Assembly: GCA_030427295.1 (NCBI GenBank)
Contig: JAUHWS010000002.1
Coordinates: forward strand, 1-55,094
Direction of reading: 5' to 3'
From: a bacterium
Lineage (GTDB): Bacteria; Patescibacteriota; Gracilibacteria; UM-FILTER-43-11
Length of the DNA stretch: 55,094 nt
The notes beneath the pieces are model-generated. The model did not search any database, was not told the origin of the DNA, and worked only from the letters and a program-made list of their open reading frames with translations. The translations under genes and the position numbers were made by a program. This document shows positions 1-9,489 of the stretch, piece after piece (the stretch's first letter is position 1; each line of letters begins with the position of its first letter).

Positions 1-148
1 CCTTTGTCACTCTAGGACTTGATCCAAGAGTCGTCTTTATTTAGAGTGACTGAATTCAAAAAAGACTCCCGAGTTCACCTTTCTGGTAAACCACTCGCTA
101 AGCTCGTGGACCATAAAGGCTCGGGAGTGAGATGAAGGTGTAGGGTAG
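1..148 (-). repeat. Conserved structured 'tail' module of the dyad-element family. It is an inverted copy of 45713-45860 and may be truncated by the window edge.
   Basis: By manual alignment, the reverse complement of 1-148 matches 45713-45860 at roughly nine-tenths identity over the proximal ~130 nt. It contains the bulged hairpin ACTCCCGAG...CTCGGGAGT followed by a T-run on the minus strand. Confidence 0.8.
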
Positions 149-417
149 GTATATACTTTGGGTTGAGGTGAGTATATACTTCTTGCTTTATTTCGCATTC
201 TGAGATTCTCGCTTCAACGAAACAACATGATCACGAAATAACTGTTATTCAGATCTAATAACTCATTTATAGTTTATTTAGTGAGGTTTATAGTCCTACC
301 ATCGGTTGTTTCGTTCTAAGTTCCTTCATTATCACGTCGAACGTCAGCCAGTCGCCGAACCCCAGCATTTTGAAGAAGGTAGGTATATAGTTGGGGGGAG
401 GGTGAGTATATACTTCC
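146..417 (-). repeat. GTATATAC-dyad composite element, copy A
   Basis: Palindrome units phased 23 bp apart at 149-156 and 172-179, then 383-390 (GTATATAG) and 406-413. The ~195-bp spacer has complementary arms (CAACGAAACAAC 215-226 / GTTGTTTCGTT 305-315). Confidence 0.85.
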
Positions 418-418
418 A

Positions 419-458
419 CAAAAAAACGGAGCCCTGCAAGTCAGGGCTCCGTTTTTGA
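419..458 (-). terminator. Rho-independent terminator (bidirectional in form), 3' of the minus-strand SLH gene
   Basis: Perfect 10-bp stem CGGAGCCCTG (427-436) / CAGGGCTCCG (442-451) with a 5-nt loop, an A-run on one side and a T-run on the other. Confidence 0.85.
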
Positions 459-476
459 GTTGTCATGAAATGCTTA

Positions 477-1955
477 CTAGCGTTCGTAGTTGACTGTACG
501 AAGTTGTCCTCCGCTATACACTCGAATGTTCAATTTGTCTTTAGACGTGCTGCGGAAGGCGGAAAGTAGTGAGCCGATATCAAAGGTCTGTTCATCTCGA
601 GAGCTGTGTGTGCAGGTGTCCTCATTATTGTCGTGAACCAATTGCAGGTCGGCATGAATGACTTCATCCCCTTCGAACAAACCATCCCAATACAGATTGA
701 AGTCATGGTCTGTACAGTAGCCCGGGAAGCTCAGCTCAATGTTCAAAAGGTCTCCGATGAGCTCGATGTCTTCCCCCGTCACATCATTTCCCATGGTGAG
801 ATAATCGCTGGCGGTAGGAACCTCTTCAACGATTTGAAGGCTGGCATTCGGGGTTAACAAACTGTGTAGCACACGATCTTCTATTTCTTCGGGATCGTAG
901 TAGGTTCCTTTATGGAAACGTAAAACACCTCCTTCGACCTCCAAAAGAAAATCACGGTAACGTCGTCCTGATTCAATAGAAACGGCGGTATCTACCACCC
1001 GGAATCGGCGTCCACTGTAGTAAACGTAGCCCTTGTCGATAGCATAATCTTCGACCAAAGTTTCGATGTCGCCATCCTCAATGTACTCAAGATAGGCGAT
1101 GTCGATCAAACTATCATCTTCGGATAAGCTGTCATCGGGATCGAGATAGAGGATGTTTTTGCCTAGATTATCGTGAACATTAATTTCTTCGGGGATTTGG
1201 AAGCTGGTTTTGTATTTATCCCATTCGTAGGTTTTGAGTTTTACATTTTGATTGGTCTGAGGCATGAGGTAGCCATCCATTTGATAGAGCATGTGAGCGA
1301 CTTCTTTTCGGCTCATGTCTTCGGCGGGGAAAAAGTTGATCAATCGAGGTCCTTCATAATCGGCGGGCATGTCGACAAATCGAGTGTGGCTGGATCCCAC
1401 CAAGCGATGTTCAAATAAGAAGCGCGCATGAGGGGAATACCAGGTGGTCGCACTCATGTCCGCAATGGACTTGTCATCGTAGTAAAGCGGTGCAGAACCA
1501 CTGATTTTTTCTTCAGGCGCTAAGGCTTCAACGGCCATTTTTATGGCTTCAACCCGATTGACACATTCGAGAGGTCGAAGGGTGCCATCCTCGTACCCCT
1601 GCATGATTCCGCTGGTTTCGGCATAACGCGCGTAGTCGTAAAACCAGTCTGCTGACTCGACGTCAGAAAAAGAGGGGTAACGGAGCAGGTCTAGATCATC
1701 TTTCACCGCGTCGAATCCGCCTTCATTGGCAAAGCGATATTCGGTGAGCATTTTTAAGAGCTCGGCTCGAAGTACGCAGATGTCTGGGCCCCAGCGTCCG
1801 TCGCCATAGCCATTGGTGATGCCTTCTTCAACGGTCCAGTTGATGGCGGTTTGATATTCGGTGCTGGCATCCACATCCGAAAATTGCGCGAGACTCGGTG
1901 TGGTGAGGGCCACAAAACTCAGGAGGGCAATGCTGACTTTGAATCTTTTTTTCAT
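477..1955 (-). CDS. Secreted SLH-domain protein
   Basis: N-terminal signal peptide (ALLSFVALTTPSLA). Two S-layer-homology-like modules (FSDVDASTEYQTAINWTVEEGITNGYGDG..., FSDVESADWFYDYARYAETSGIMQGYEDGTLRP...). The C-terminal region is uncharacterised. Confidence 0.75.
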   Translation of the reverse strand: MKKRFKVSIALLSFVALTTPSLAQFSDVDASTEYQTAINWTVEEGITNGYGDGRWGPDICVLRAELLKMLTEYRFANEGGFDAVKDDLDLLRYPSFSDVESADWFYDYARYAETSGIMQGYEDGTLRPLECVNRVEAIKMAVEALAPEEKISGSAPLYYDDKSIADMSATTWYSPHARFLFEHRLVGSSHTRFVDMPADYEGPRLINFFPAEDMSRKEVAHMLYQMDGYLMPQTNQNVKLKTYEWDKYKTSFQIPEEINVHDNLGKNILYLDPDDSLSEDDSLIDIAYLEYIEDGDIETLVEDYAIDKGYVYYSGRRFRVVDTAVSIESGRRYRDFLLEVEGGVLRFHKGTYYDPEEIEDRVLHSLLTPNASLQIVEEVPTASDYLTMGNDVTGEDIELIGDLLNIELSFPGYCTDHDFNLYWDGLFEGDEVIHADLQLVHDNNEDTCTHSSRDEQTFDIGSLLSAFRSTSKDKLNIRVYSGGQLRTVNYER

Positions 1956-2019
1956 GGTTTTAAAGGATTAATTTGTTTCATTATCCTAGAAAACTAGTCG
2001 GTTTGTACAGAGATTTTCA

Positions 2020-2958
2020 TCACTCTGGCGAAACGATCATTTCATCGAGTAAGACATTGAGCTTTTGGATCAAATCGCCACACCCCTTTGCCCGAGGACT
2101 GTCTTGTAAGTTAATTTTTCTCCTTCTTGTTAATCTGCGCATTGATTTTGGCTCTTCACCTAAAAATGTTTCCATGTTGGCCCATGTTTCACCCCTCCCC
2201 CTTCTGAAGAGAATAAAATCGCCGACCAAACTTAATAGCTTCCCTGTTAATGGTCTAACAGACAAAAGAGACTTGGCTAAATGCGGCGTGAGCTGGTGAT
2301 AGGCTAATGGCTCGAGCGATGAACCAGCTGCTAGGCTTCCGAGTGCTATACGAGTGGTTAGCACACGCTCTTCAAAGTTTCTTGCAACTAGGCCTGCACT
2401 TTCGACATCATTCCTTAAAGCCTTTTCTAGCTCAGAAGCCGGTGTCAGGTATTCATGATCCATAGGCAAGTCAGCTGACGGACTGATTGCTTCTCGCTCA
2501 AGATCATTCAGTCGTTCAACTGCTTCTAATTTCTCTTCTAAATCTAAGATTAAAGATCTTGATGGTCCGTGCTCGCTATCTACTAGGCTCTCAGAATAGA
2601 TTAAATTGTTGATCGTTGTAGCACTCCCCCTAAACTCTCTTACAAAATGTCCTTTGGGTCGGCTTCCATGGTTGATGCGTAGGAATTCAAAAACCAGCCC
2701 CAACTGCCGCCCTGTTAAATCATCCGATTTTAAGATTGCCCTTGCAACGGCTGGAGTAACGTCGGCTGGATTCAGGTCCTGCAAAGGTCTTTCTAAGAGG
2801 CGCATCGACATCATTCTGGCATCCATCACACCCGCCTTTAATTCATGTGATATAATGGTTCTTGTCTTGGGGTCATCAAGCCTTTCGACATGTTGAATAA
2901 AATCGAGGACGGCAACGCACGCTGCTTGAATGGAAGGATGGGAAGCAACTTCGGGCAT
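2020..2958 (-). CDS. Hypothetical protein (312 aa, Arg/Leu-rich, no recognisable family)
   Basis: Long uninterrupted ORF. Composition by eye differs from its neighbours. It lies between dyad elements A and B. Confidence 0.55.
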   Translation of the reverse strand: MPEVASHPSIQAACVAVLDFIQHVERLDDPKTRTIISHELKAGVMDARMMSMRLLERPLQDLNPADVTPAVARAILKSDDLTGRQLGLVFEFLRINHGSRPKGHFVREFRGSATTINNLIYSESLVDSEHGPSRSLILDLEEKLEAVERLNDLEREAISPSADLPMDHEYLTPASELEKALRNDVESAGLVARNFEERVLTTRIALGSLAAGSSLEPLAYHQLTPHLAKSLLSVRPLTGKLLSLVGDFILFRRGRGETWANMETFLGEEPKSMRRLTRRRKINLQDSPRAKGCGDLIQKLNVLLDEMIVSPE

Positions 2959-3062
2959 ATTGAATGGAAGTTAACGCTTTATTAAGACTTTAAAATAATT
3001 TTTATTTTTGAGGATGTCAAATTTGGATTGATTCTAGCTTCTTATTTTTGGGGCTTAAAATG

Positions 3063-3290
3063 GTTGGGGTTAGTATATACTTTTTTAGAGCTGGTAGCTA
3101 TTAGCTGATAGACTAGTCGGTATTTAGCATAACTTAAATTATCTCTTATTTAAGATGAATAATGAGTTTTTTTAACTGAATTTAAACTACCAGCGACAAG
3201 CTCCGAGCTCTCAGCTTTTTGAGGAGGATAGGTATATATTTGGGAAGAAGGTAGGTATATACATGATGTGAGGATAAGTATATACTTTTC
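3063..3290 (-). repeat. GTATATAC-dyad composite element, copy B
   Basis: Units at 3073-3080, 3232-3239 (GTATATAT), 3255-3262 and 3278-3285, a 1+3 arrangement with 23-bp phasing. The spacer 3086-3225 is a hairpin (GAGCTGGTAGC... / ...CTACCAGCGACAAGCTCCGAGCTC) and aligns as a reverse complement to the spacer of copy D. Confidence 0.85.
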
Positions 3291-3295
3291 TAAAT

Positions 3296-3790
3296 CTATC
3301 CTAAACTTGCAAATCGATTTGCCGATCTTTGAAAGGACCCAGTGTCTAGTTCAAAATATGTCTCAGCTAGTTTTACCTCTTCTTCTTTTAGTGGTCCATC
3401 CATGACTAAGGCTACCAAACCTCTTCTTATCTCATCAACTACCTTATTAAATCTTGATGCCACCTCTCTTATCCTTACAATGCGTTCAATCTTTTCTTTG
3501 CTGTAGCCAAGATTAACTCTTCCACTCATGTCGGCCATTTTATTCTCTTCACGTTCTTTTGCTTCCACTCTCAATAAACCCTCGGCGGCGGCACGCATTG
3601 ATTGTAACTCAATTTCAAACAAAGCCTGAATCAGCTCCAATTGCTCATCAATTTTTGTGCCAAGCTTTAGAACTAAGCGAATTAGCTCGTCACGTATTTT
3701 ATTAATCTCCTCTTTCACCAAAGCCGATGCTGTATTAATCCTTCTTATTTGTTCTGTTTTGATTCCGTACGAGTCACTTTGAGCTTCCAT
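3296..3790 (-). CDS. Hypothetical coiled-coil protein (164 aa)
   Basis: ORF with heptad-like charged/Leu-rich sequence. No recognisable catalytic motif. Confidence 0.55.
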   Translation of the reverse strand: MEAQSDSYGIKTEQIRRINTASALVKEEINKIRDELIRLVLKLGTKIDEQLELIQALFEIELQSMRAAAEGLLRVEAKEREENKMADMSGRVNLGYSKEKIERIVRIREVASRFNKVVDEIRRGLVALVMDGPLKEEEVKLAETYFELDTGSFQRSANRFASLG

Positions 3791-3860
3791 AAATGTTTAA
3801 CTTTTAAAAAACCAGGAAGCTTATTGTAAGCTAAAGCCTTATTAGAAGTCAAACAACAAC

Positions 3861-4412
3861 CTAAGCAAACCACCATATCCCAGCAAAAACGAGGGTGACT
3901 AGAATGGCGTTGCGGATCATCACTTTGTAGTCGCGGACGTAAGGCTCATTACTTTTAAGAAGAAAGAAGTGGCGAGAGACATCATAAAAATAAGTGAAAA
4001 GGACCATGAACAAAGCATAGGCAACCAGTAGTTTATTCGTGTATAGATTGAACCACTGGGTGGAGAGTTGAGGGGTGGCAAATCCAACATAAAAACTCAC
4101 TGCCAGCAGGATCGTATTGTGTAAAAATTGATCGGTGAAGTAGAACAAACGATGGTGTTTCGGGTCCTTTTTGTCCAACTTCACCTTCGTCTGGTCGATC
4201 AAGTTGTGCGTGAGGTAGATGATCCCTACAGCAATTTGAACCCGCCTTAGGTGAAGCACTGGATAGAGCACCACAAGCAAAGTGAGCAAATGAACCAAGC
4301 CATGAATGAACACGCCTAAATAGCGCTCCATTTTGAGTTTAACCAACTTCCCCGGCTGAAAGGGATAATCAGCCAAAAAATGAGCAAGCAAAAAGTGAAG
4401 GATTAAGTTCAT
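3861..4412 (-). CDS. Multi-pass membrane protein, DUF3307-like
   Basis: N-terminal HFLLAHFLADYPFQ motif and several hydrophobic helices. The family assignment is from memory of the DUF3307 motif. Confidence 0.5.
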   Translation of the reverse strand: MNLILHFLLAHFLADYPFQPGKLVKLKMERYLGVFIHGLVHLLTLLVVLYPVLHLRRVQIAVGIIYLTHNLIDQTKVKLDKKDPKHHRLFYFTDQFLHNTILLAVSFYVGFATPQLSTQWFNLYTNKLLVAYALFMVLFTYFYDVSRHFFLLKSNEPYVRDYKVMIRNAILVTLVFAGIWWFA

Positions 4413-4459
4413 TTCGTTTGAAGAGGGTTAGGGGTGGGGTGACATTTAAAAATGGAGGG

Positions 4460-4852
4460 TTAGTAAATTTGATTCGCGCGTTTGACCACTTCGTAACTCA
4501 CCGCTGAGGCAATGCTGGGCTTGGTTTGAATCAACTCTCTAAAATCTTCTTTTTTGAGCATCAGTGTCTCGGTTTCCTCCATGGCTTTGACGGTCGCATT
4601 GCGTGGCTCTTCGGAGACTAAGGCCATCTCACCGAAAAAAGAGGGCTCAGCTAATTCCGCGATCATTTTATCATCACGGAGTACTTGAACCTTGCCGCGT
4701 TTGATCACGTACATTTCTTCACCGTAATCCCCTTGTTCAAAAACCACCTGATCGGGTCCAAAGTACTGCATTTGAACCATTTCAGAAATGGCTTTGAGGT
4801 CATCCTCAGACAACTCAGCAAAGAATGGAATCTGCTTCAGAATTTCAAGCAT
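4460..4852 (-). CDS. Stand-alone cyclic-nucleotide-binding (CAP effector domain) protein
   Basis: FFGEMALVSEEPRNATVKA phosphate-binding-cassette-like motif. At 130 aa it is a single domain. Confidence 0.75.
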   Translation of the reverse strand: MLEILKQIPFFAELSEDDLKAISEMVQMQYFGPDQVVFEQGDYGEEMYVIKRGKVQVLRDDKMIAELAEPSFFGEMALVSEEPRNATVKAMEETETLMLKKEDFRELIQTKPSIASAVSYEVVKRANQIY

Positions 4853-4993
4853 GGTTATTTTTGTTATTTATATTTATTTTTCTGTGATGACTAAATTATA
4901 GCATAAGGCTTGATTTTTGTAAAAAAATATGTAAGGCTTGAGGAACCGTCTTGTTTTTGAGGAAAACTAAAAATTTTAAGCCATTCAACTTAT

Positions 4994-7891
4994 ATGAAAT
5001 CAATTGTCGTTAAAGGTGCTCGTGCACACAATTTAAAAAATATTGATGTCGAGATTCCTCGAGATAAACTCGTGGTCATCACTGGGCTTTCGGGTTCTGG
5101 AAAGTCGTCCTTGGCCTTTGATACCATTTATGCCGAAGGACAGCGACGCTATGTGGAAAGCTTGAGCACTTACGCCCGGCAGTTTTTGCAGATGACTGAC
5201 AAACCAGACGTGGATTCAATTGATGGACTCAGTCCAGCGATTTCAATTGATCAAAAAACGGCCAGTCGTAACCCGCGTTCAACCGTAGGAACCGTGACGG
5301 AAATTTATGACTATCTGAGACTACTTTACGCTAAGATTGGTCATCCCCACTGTCCTGAATGTAATAAAAAAGTGGGTCGCATGTCCGCGAGTGAGATCGT
5401 GGACGAGGTGGCTGAGATGGAAGAGGGCAAAAAAATCATGCTTTTAGCCCCTGTGGTAAGGGATCGAAAAGGAGGACACTTGAAAATTCTCGAAAAAATC
5501 CGGAAAGATGGTTTTGTGCGTCTTCGGGTGGATGGGGATATCTACAACATTAATGAGGAATTAGATTTAGATCCAAAAAAGAAACATAGTATCGAAATTG
5601 TCGTGGATCGCTTGGTGGTAAGAAATTTTAAGCGTATTGTTAAAAAATTGAGTTCCGGACAGGAGATTGAAGAAAGGAATGAGGACCGTTCGCGTTTGGC
5701 GGATTCGGTTGAAACTTGTTTAAAATATGGGGAAGGGCTCATGCTGATTTTGGATGCAGACACCGGCGAAGAGAAATTATTTTCTGAGCATTTTGCCTGT
5801 GAAACTCACGGTGTAATGAGCCTGCCTGAGATCGCCCCACGATCATTCTCTTTCAATTCGCCCCATGGGGCCTGTGGAGATTGCCATGGACTCGGGACCA
5901 AGCTAAAGATCAACCCCAAATTAGTCATGCCCAACCCTCGTCTGACTATCGCGGAGGGGGCCATCGTGCCTTGGTCGATTTCGTCCATGCGCATGAATTG
6001 GTACAATAATCTACTGGCTGAGGTGGGGAAAAAACATGGTTTTGACGTCAGCACCCCTGTTGGAAAATTGAGCGAAAAACAGGTGAACCTCATTATGTAT
6101 GGAACGGGAGAAACAAAGTATCGAACGACCTATTCTAGCAAGAATTCAACGTACGAAAGCGACAGTACCTACGAGGGGGTGATCCCTAATTTGGAGCGAC
6201 GTTATCACGAAACTGACTCGGATTACGTCCGCAAAAACATCACTAAGTTCATGGAAATCACGACCTGTGAAACCTGTGGGGGGATGCGGCTTCGTCCGGA
6301 AATTTTAGCCATTACCGTTTTGGACAAGTCTATCATCGAAGCGACCAAGATGTCGATTGAGGATGCCGATGATTTTTTTAAGCAGATGATTCCCACCAAA
6401 ACGAAGAAGAATTTGACGGACAATGAATATAAAATCGCTCGGCTTATCATTCAAGAGATTGTCTCGCGTTTGGAATTTTTGCAGAATGTGGGCTTGAGTT
6501 ATTTGACCCTGGATCGAGCCGCCAATACCCTTTCGGGAGGAGAAGCGCAACGGATTCGGCTAGCCACTCAAATTGGCTCATCGCTTCAGGGGGTGCTTTA
6601 TGTTTTAGATGAACCATCGATCGGGCTTCACCAAAGGGACAATGAACGTCTCATCAAAACCATGGAAGATTTAAGGAATTTGGGAAATACCGTGATTGTG
6701 GTGGAGCACGATGAAGACACGATTCGAGTGGCGGATTATGTGCTCGACATTGGTCCAGGGGCAGGAAAACATGGAGGTCAGGTGATTGCCAGTGGAACGG
6801 CCAAAGAAATCCAGGACAATCCTGATTCGGTGACTGGCCAGTATCTTTCAGGGAAGAAAGAAATCAGCATCCCTAAAAAACGCCGCAAAGGAAATGGCAA
6901 GTTTTTGGAGGTGATTGGAGCCAAAGAGAATAACCTGCGGAATGTGAGCGTCAAGCTTCCACTCAATACTTTTGTCGGAGTGACAGGGGTTTCTGGCTCT
7001 GGAAAATCATCCTTGATCAATCATATCCTGTGTCCTTACCTCGCCAATAAACTCAATCGAGCCAAGCAACAAACCGGTAAATTTGATGAGATTAAAGGAG
7101 TGGAGCATTTGGACAAAATCATCAACATCGACCAGTCCCCGATTGGTCGGACACCTCGCAGTAACCCTGCCACTTACACCGGTGTTTTCTCGGACATTAG
7201 ACAGATTTTTTCCTCAACCAGCGAGGCAAAGTTGAGAGGGTATCGAGATGGTCGTTTTAGTTTTAATGTAAAAGGAGGCCGCTGTGAAGCCTGTAGTGGA
7301 GATGGTATGGTGAAGATTGAAATGCACTTTTTGCCGGATGTGTACGTGCCCTGTGAAGTGTGTAAGGCACGCCGTTACAATGCCGAGACATTGGAGGTGA
7401 CCTGGCATGGTAAAAACATTGCGGATGTTTTGGAGATGACGGTTGAGGAGGCTCTTCATTTTTTTGAAGCCATCCCACAGATTAAAAATAAATTGAGCAC
7501 GCTTCATGCGGTGGGCTTGGATTACATTCAATTGGGCCAAAGTGCCACCACGCTTTCGGGAGGTGAAGCCCAGCGGATCAAGTTGGCTACCGAGTTGGCC
7601 AAGCGATCGACCGGTAAGACCATCTACGTTTTGGATGAACCCACGACTGGACTTCATTTTGAAGATGTTCAGAAATTGTTGACTGTTTTGCAAGCCTTGG
7701 TGGATAAAGGCAACACCGTCTTGACCATTGAGCACAATTTGGATGTCGTGAAATCCGTCGACTACATCGTTGACCTTGGACCGGAAGGAGGAACGGGGGG
7801 TGGGGACATCCTTTGTACCGGCACCCCAGAAGACGTGGCCCAATGCAAAGAAAGCTACACGGGTCAATTTTTGGCTAAAATGCTGAAGTGA
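4994..7891 (+). CDS. uvrA: Excinuclease ABC subunit A
   Basis: 965 aa. Walker A motifs [23 protein letters not shown] and [10 protein letters not shown], two ABC signatures [12 protein letters not shown] / [12 protein letters not shown], and zinc-finger cysteines. Confidence 0.97.
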   Translation: MKSIVVKGARAHNLKNIDVEIPRDKLVVITGLSGSGKSSLAFDTIYAEGQRRYVESLSTYARQFLQMTDKPDVDSIDGLSPAISIDQKTASRNPRSTVGTVTEIYDYLRLLYAKIGHPHCPECNKKVGRMSASEIVDEVAEMEEGKKIMLLAPVVRDRKGGHLKILEKIRKDGFVRLRVDGDIYNINEELDLDPKKKHSIEIVVDRLVVRNFKRIVKKLSSGQEIEERNEDRSRLADSVETCLKYGEGLMLILDADTGEEKLFSEHFACETHGVMSLPEIAPRSFSFNSPHGACGDCHGLGTKLKINPKLVMPNPRLTIAEGAIVPWSISSMRMNWYNNLLAEVGKKHGFDVSTPVGKLSEKQVNLIMYGTGETKYRTTYSSKNSTYESDSTYEGVIPNLERRYHETDSDYVRKNITKFMEITTCETCGGMRLRPEILAITVLDKSIIEATKMSIEDADDFFKQMIPTKTKKNLTDNEYKIARLIIQEIVSRLEFLQNVGLSYLTLDRAANTLSGGEAQRIRLATQIGSSLQGVLYVLDEPSIGLHQRDNERLIKTMEDLRNLGNTVIVVEHDEDTIRVADYVLDIGPGAGKHGGQVIASGTAKEIQDNPDSVTGQYLSGKKEISIPKKRRKGNGKFLEVIGAKENNLRNVSVKLPLNTFVGVTGVSGSGKSSLINHILCPYLANKLNRAKQQTGKFDEIKGVEHLDKIINIDQSPIGRTPRSNPATYTGVFSDIRQIFSSTSEAKLRGYRDGRFSFNVKGGRCEACSGDGMVKIEMHFLPDVYVPCEVCKARRYNAETLEVTWHGKNIADVLEMTVEEALHFFEAIPQIKNKLSTLHAVGLDYIQLGQSATTLSGGEAQRIKLATELAKRSTGKTIYVLDEPTTGLHFEDVQKLLTVLQALVDKGNTVLTIEHNLDVVKSVDYIVDLGPEGGTGGGDILCTGTPEDVAQCKESYTGQFLAKMLK

Positions 7892-7899
7892 AGTTGGAG

Positions 7900-9471
7900 T
7901 TAGGCAGTGCGTTTGACCACTAATAGAGTGATGTCGTCGGCTTGAGGATGATCACCCATGTACATTTTTACATCCTTAATGAGTCCATTGTGGATGGCTT
8001 GAGCTGACTCTAGCTGAACATTTTTTTCAATGGACGCCAGGAAGCGCTCCATTCCGTAGTTTTCTTTATCGTTTTTCCAGGCCTCAGGGATCCCATCGGT
8101 ATACAGAATAAACACATCCCCCTTTTCCATTTTGACTTGTTCGGATTTGATGACTTCACTGATATCCCCTACCATTCCCAAGGCTACCCCTCCTGGCGAT
8201 AACGTGTTGGCTTTTTGGGAGGCAGCATGGTAATGAACCACTGGATTGTGCCCTGCTTGGGTGAATTGAATGGTGTTCGTCACTTCATCCCACATGGCCA
8301 TGACCATGGTGACAAAAATGCTGGAACCCGTTTTGAGTTTGAGCAGTCGATTGAGTTCGATCACAAGATCTTGAATGTTTCCGTAATGTTCGATGAGGGC
8401 TGGAATCAGGGCGTTGTTGATGGCTGACACGAGCCCAGCTCCCACCCCATGTCCAGTCACATCGGCAATGTAAAAGAGGAGTTTTTTCTGATCTTTGAGA
8501 GGGATAAAATCGTAGCAATCCCCTCCTACTTGACTGGCTGCCATCAAACTGGCGGCGATGTCTAGGCCTTGAATTTCAGGTAAATCGGTCGGGAGTAGGT
8601 CTTGCTGAATTTCGACAGCCAACTCAAATTCTTTGGCATTTTTTTCGTTTTCAATGCGGACTTCGGTGGTTTTTTCCAGTTCCACGGCCATTTCATTGAA
8701 GGTTTTGGCCAGAAGCCCCACTTCGGACTTTGATTTGATGGGGATGCGAGTTTTTAGATCTCCTTTACCAATTTTTTCTGCCCCGCGACTGAGGGTTTTG
8801 ATGGGGGCGGTAATCCCATTGGCTAAGAGAAAAGCAACGAGGAGGGAGATGATGATACCCACGACAGCGATGGCTGAAATGCGCATGATCATTTGCTGAA
8901 TCAATTGATCGAGAGAATTGTACGAAACCTCATAAACAAGTGAAAAACCTCGGGTGATGTCGTTGGGATCCCGAAAGGGGTAGACGATGTTTTGAACCTG
9001 CTCGGTGTCCTGGACTTCGTTGACTTCTTGGCCATTGAAATCGGTGTATCGTAGGCGGCTATCAATTTGTTCCAGGTAGACGATTCGATTTTCGTCGGCG
9101 GTTCTGACGGAGGGGAAAACGGCCTGAATTCGTTCTAAATTTGGTTTGAAAGCTGATTCTAAAGCCTCGGACTGATAGAGGGCCTCACCGCTGTAGTTGT
9201 AGATGGATAGCCCCTCAATGTCTCGATTGAGGCTGTAGATTTGGGCGAGTTCACGTTCAAAATTGACGGTGGCACCTTCTTGATAGTTGCTTTCGAAGCT
9301 GCTGATGATGCGTTCATGGGTGAGTTCGGCAAAACTGATGGCTTTTTGAAAGATATCTTGGTTGATTTCCCGAGTTTTTTGATCGATCAACAAATACGCC
9401 GTGGCTCCCATCACGGCAATGATGATGGCGGAGAGGGCCAAGATGATTTGTGATTTGACCGATCGAAGCAC
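7900..9471 (-). CDS. Membrane-bound HAMP domain / PP2C (SpoIIE-type) serine phosphatase
   Basis: GTG start. Two TM helices, a HAMP-like segment (APIKTLSRGAEKIGKGDL...FNEMAVELE) and PP2C motifs (GGDCYDF, ADVTGHGVGAG, YTDGIPEA). Confidence 0.85.
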   Translation of the reverse strand: MLRSVKSQIILALSAIIIAVMGATAYLLIDQKTREINQDIFQKAISFAELTHERIISSFESNYQEGATVNFERELAQIYSLNRDIEGLSIYNYSGEALYQSEALESAFKPNLERIQAVFPSVRTADENRIVYLEQIDSRLRYTDFNGQEVNEVQDTEQVQNIVYPFRDPNDITRGFSLVYEVSYNSLDQLIQQMIMRISAIAVVGIIISLLVAFLLANGITAPIKTLSRGAEKIGKGDLKTRIPIKSKSEVGLLAKTFNEMAVELEKTTEVRIENEKNAKEFELAVEIQQDLLPTDLPEIQGLDIAASLMAASQVGGDCYDFIPLKDQKKLLFYIADVTGHGVGAGLVSAINNALIPALIEHYGNIQDLVIELNRLLKLKTGSSIFVTMVMAMWDEVTNTIQFTQAGHNPVVHYHAASQKANTLSPGGVALGMVGDISEVIKSEQVKMEKGDVFILYTDGIPEAWKNDKENYGMERFLASIEKNVQLESAQAIHNGLIKDVKMYMGDHPQADDITLLVVKRTA

Positions 9472-9489
9472 GGGCTTGGATTATTTCAA

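Noticed and set aside
3861-4852. The cNMP-binding protein plus adjacent membrane protein as a Pycsar/CBASS-like defence effector pair
   Set aside because: No nucleotide cyclase, CD-NTase, TIR, patatin or nuclease partner is visible. A stand-alone CAP-type domain next to a DUF3307-like membrane protein is too weak a basis.
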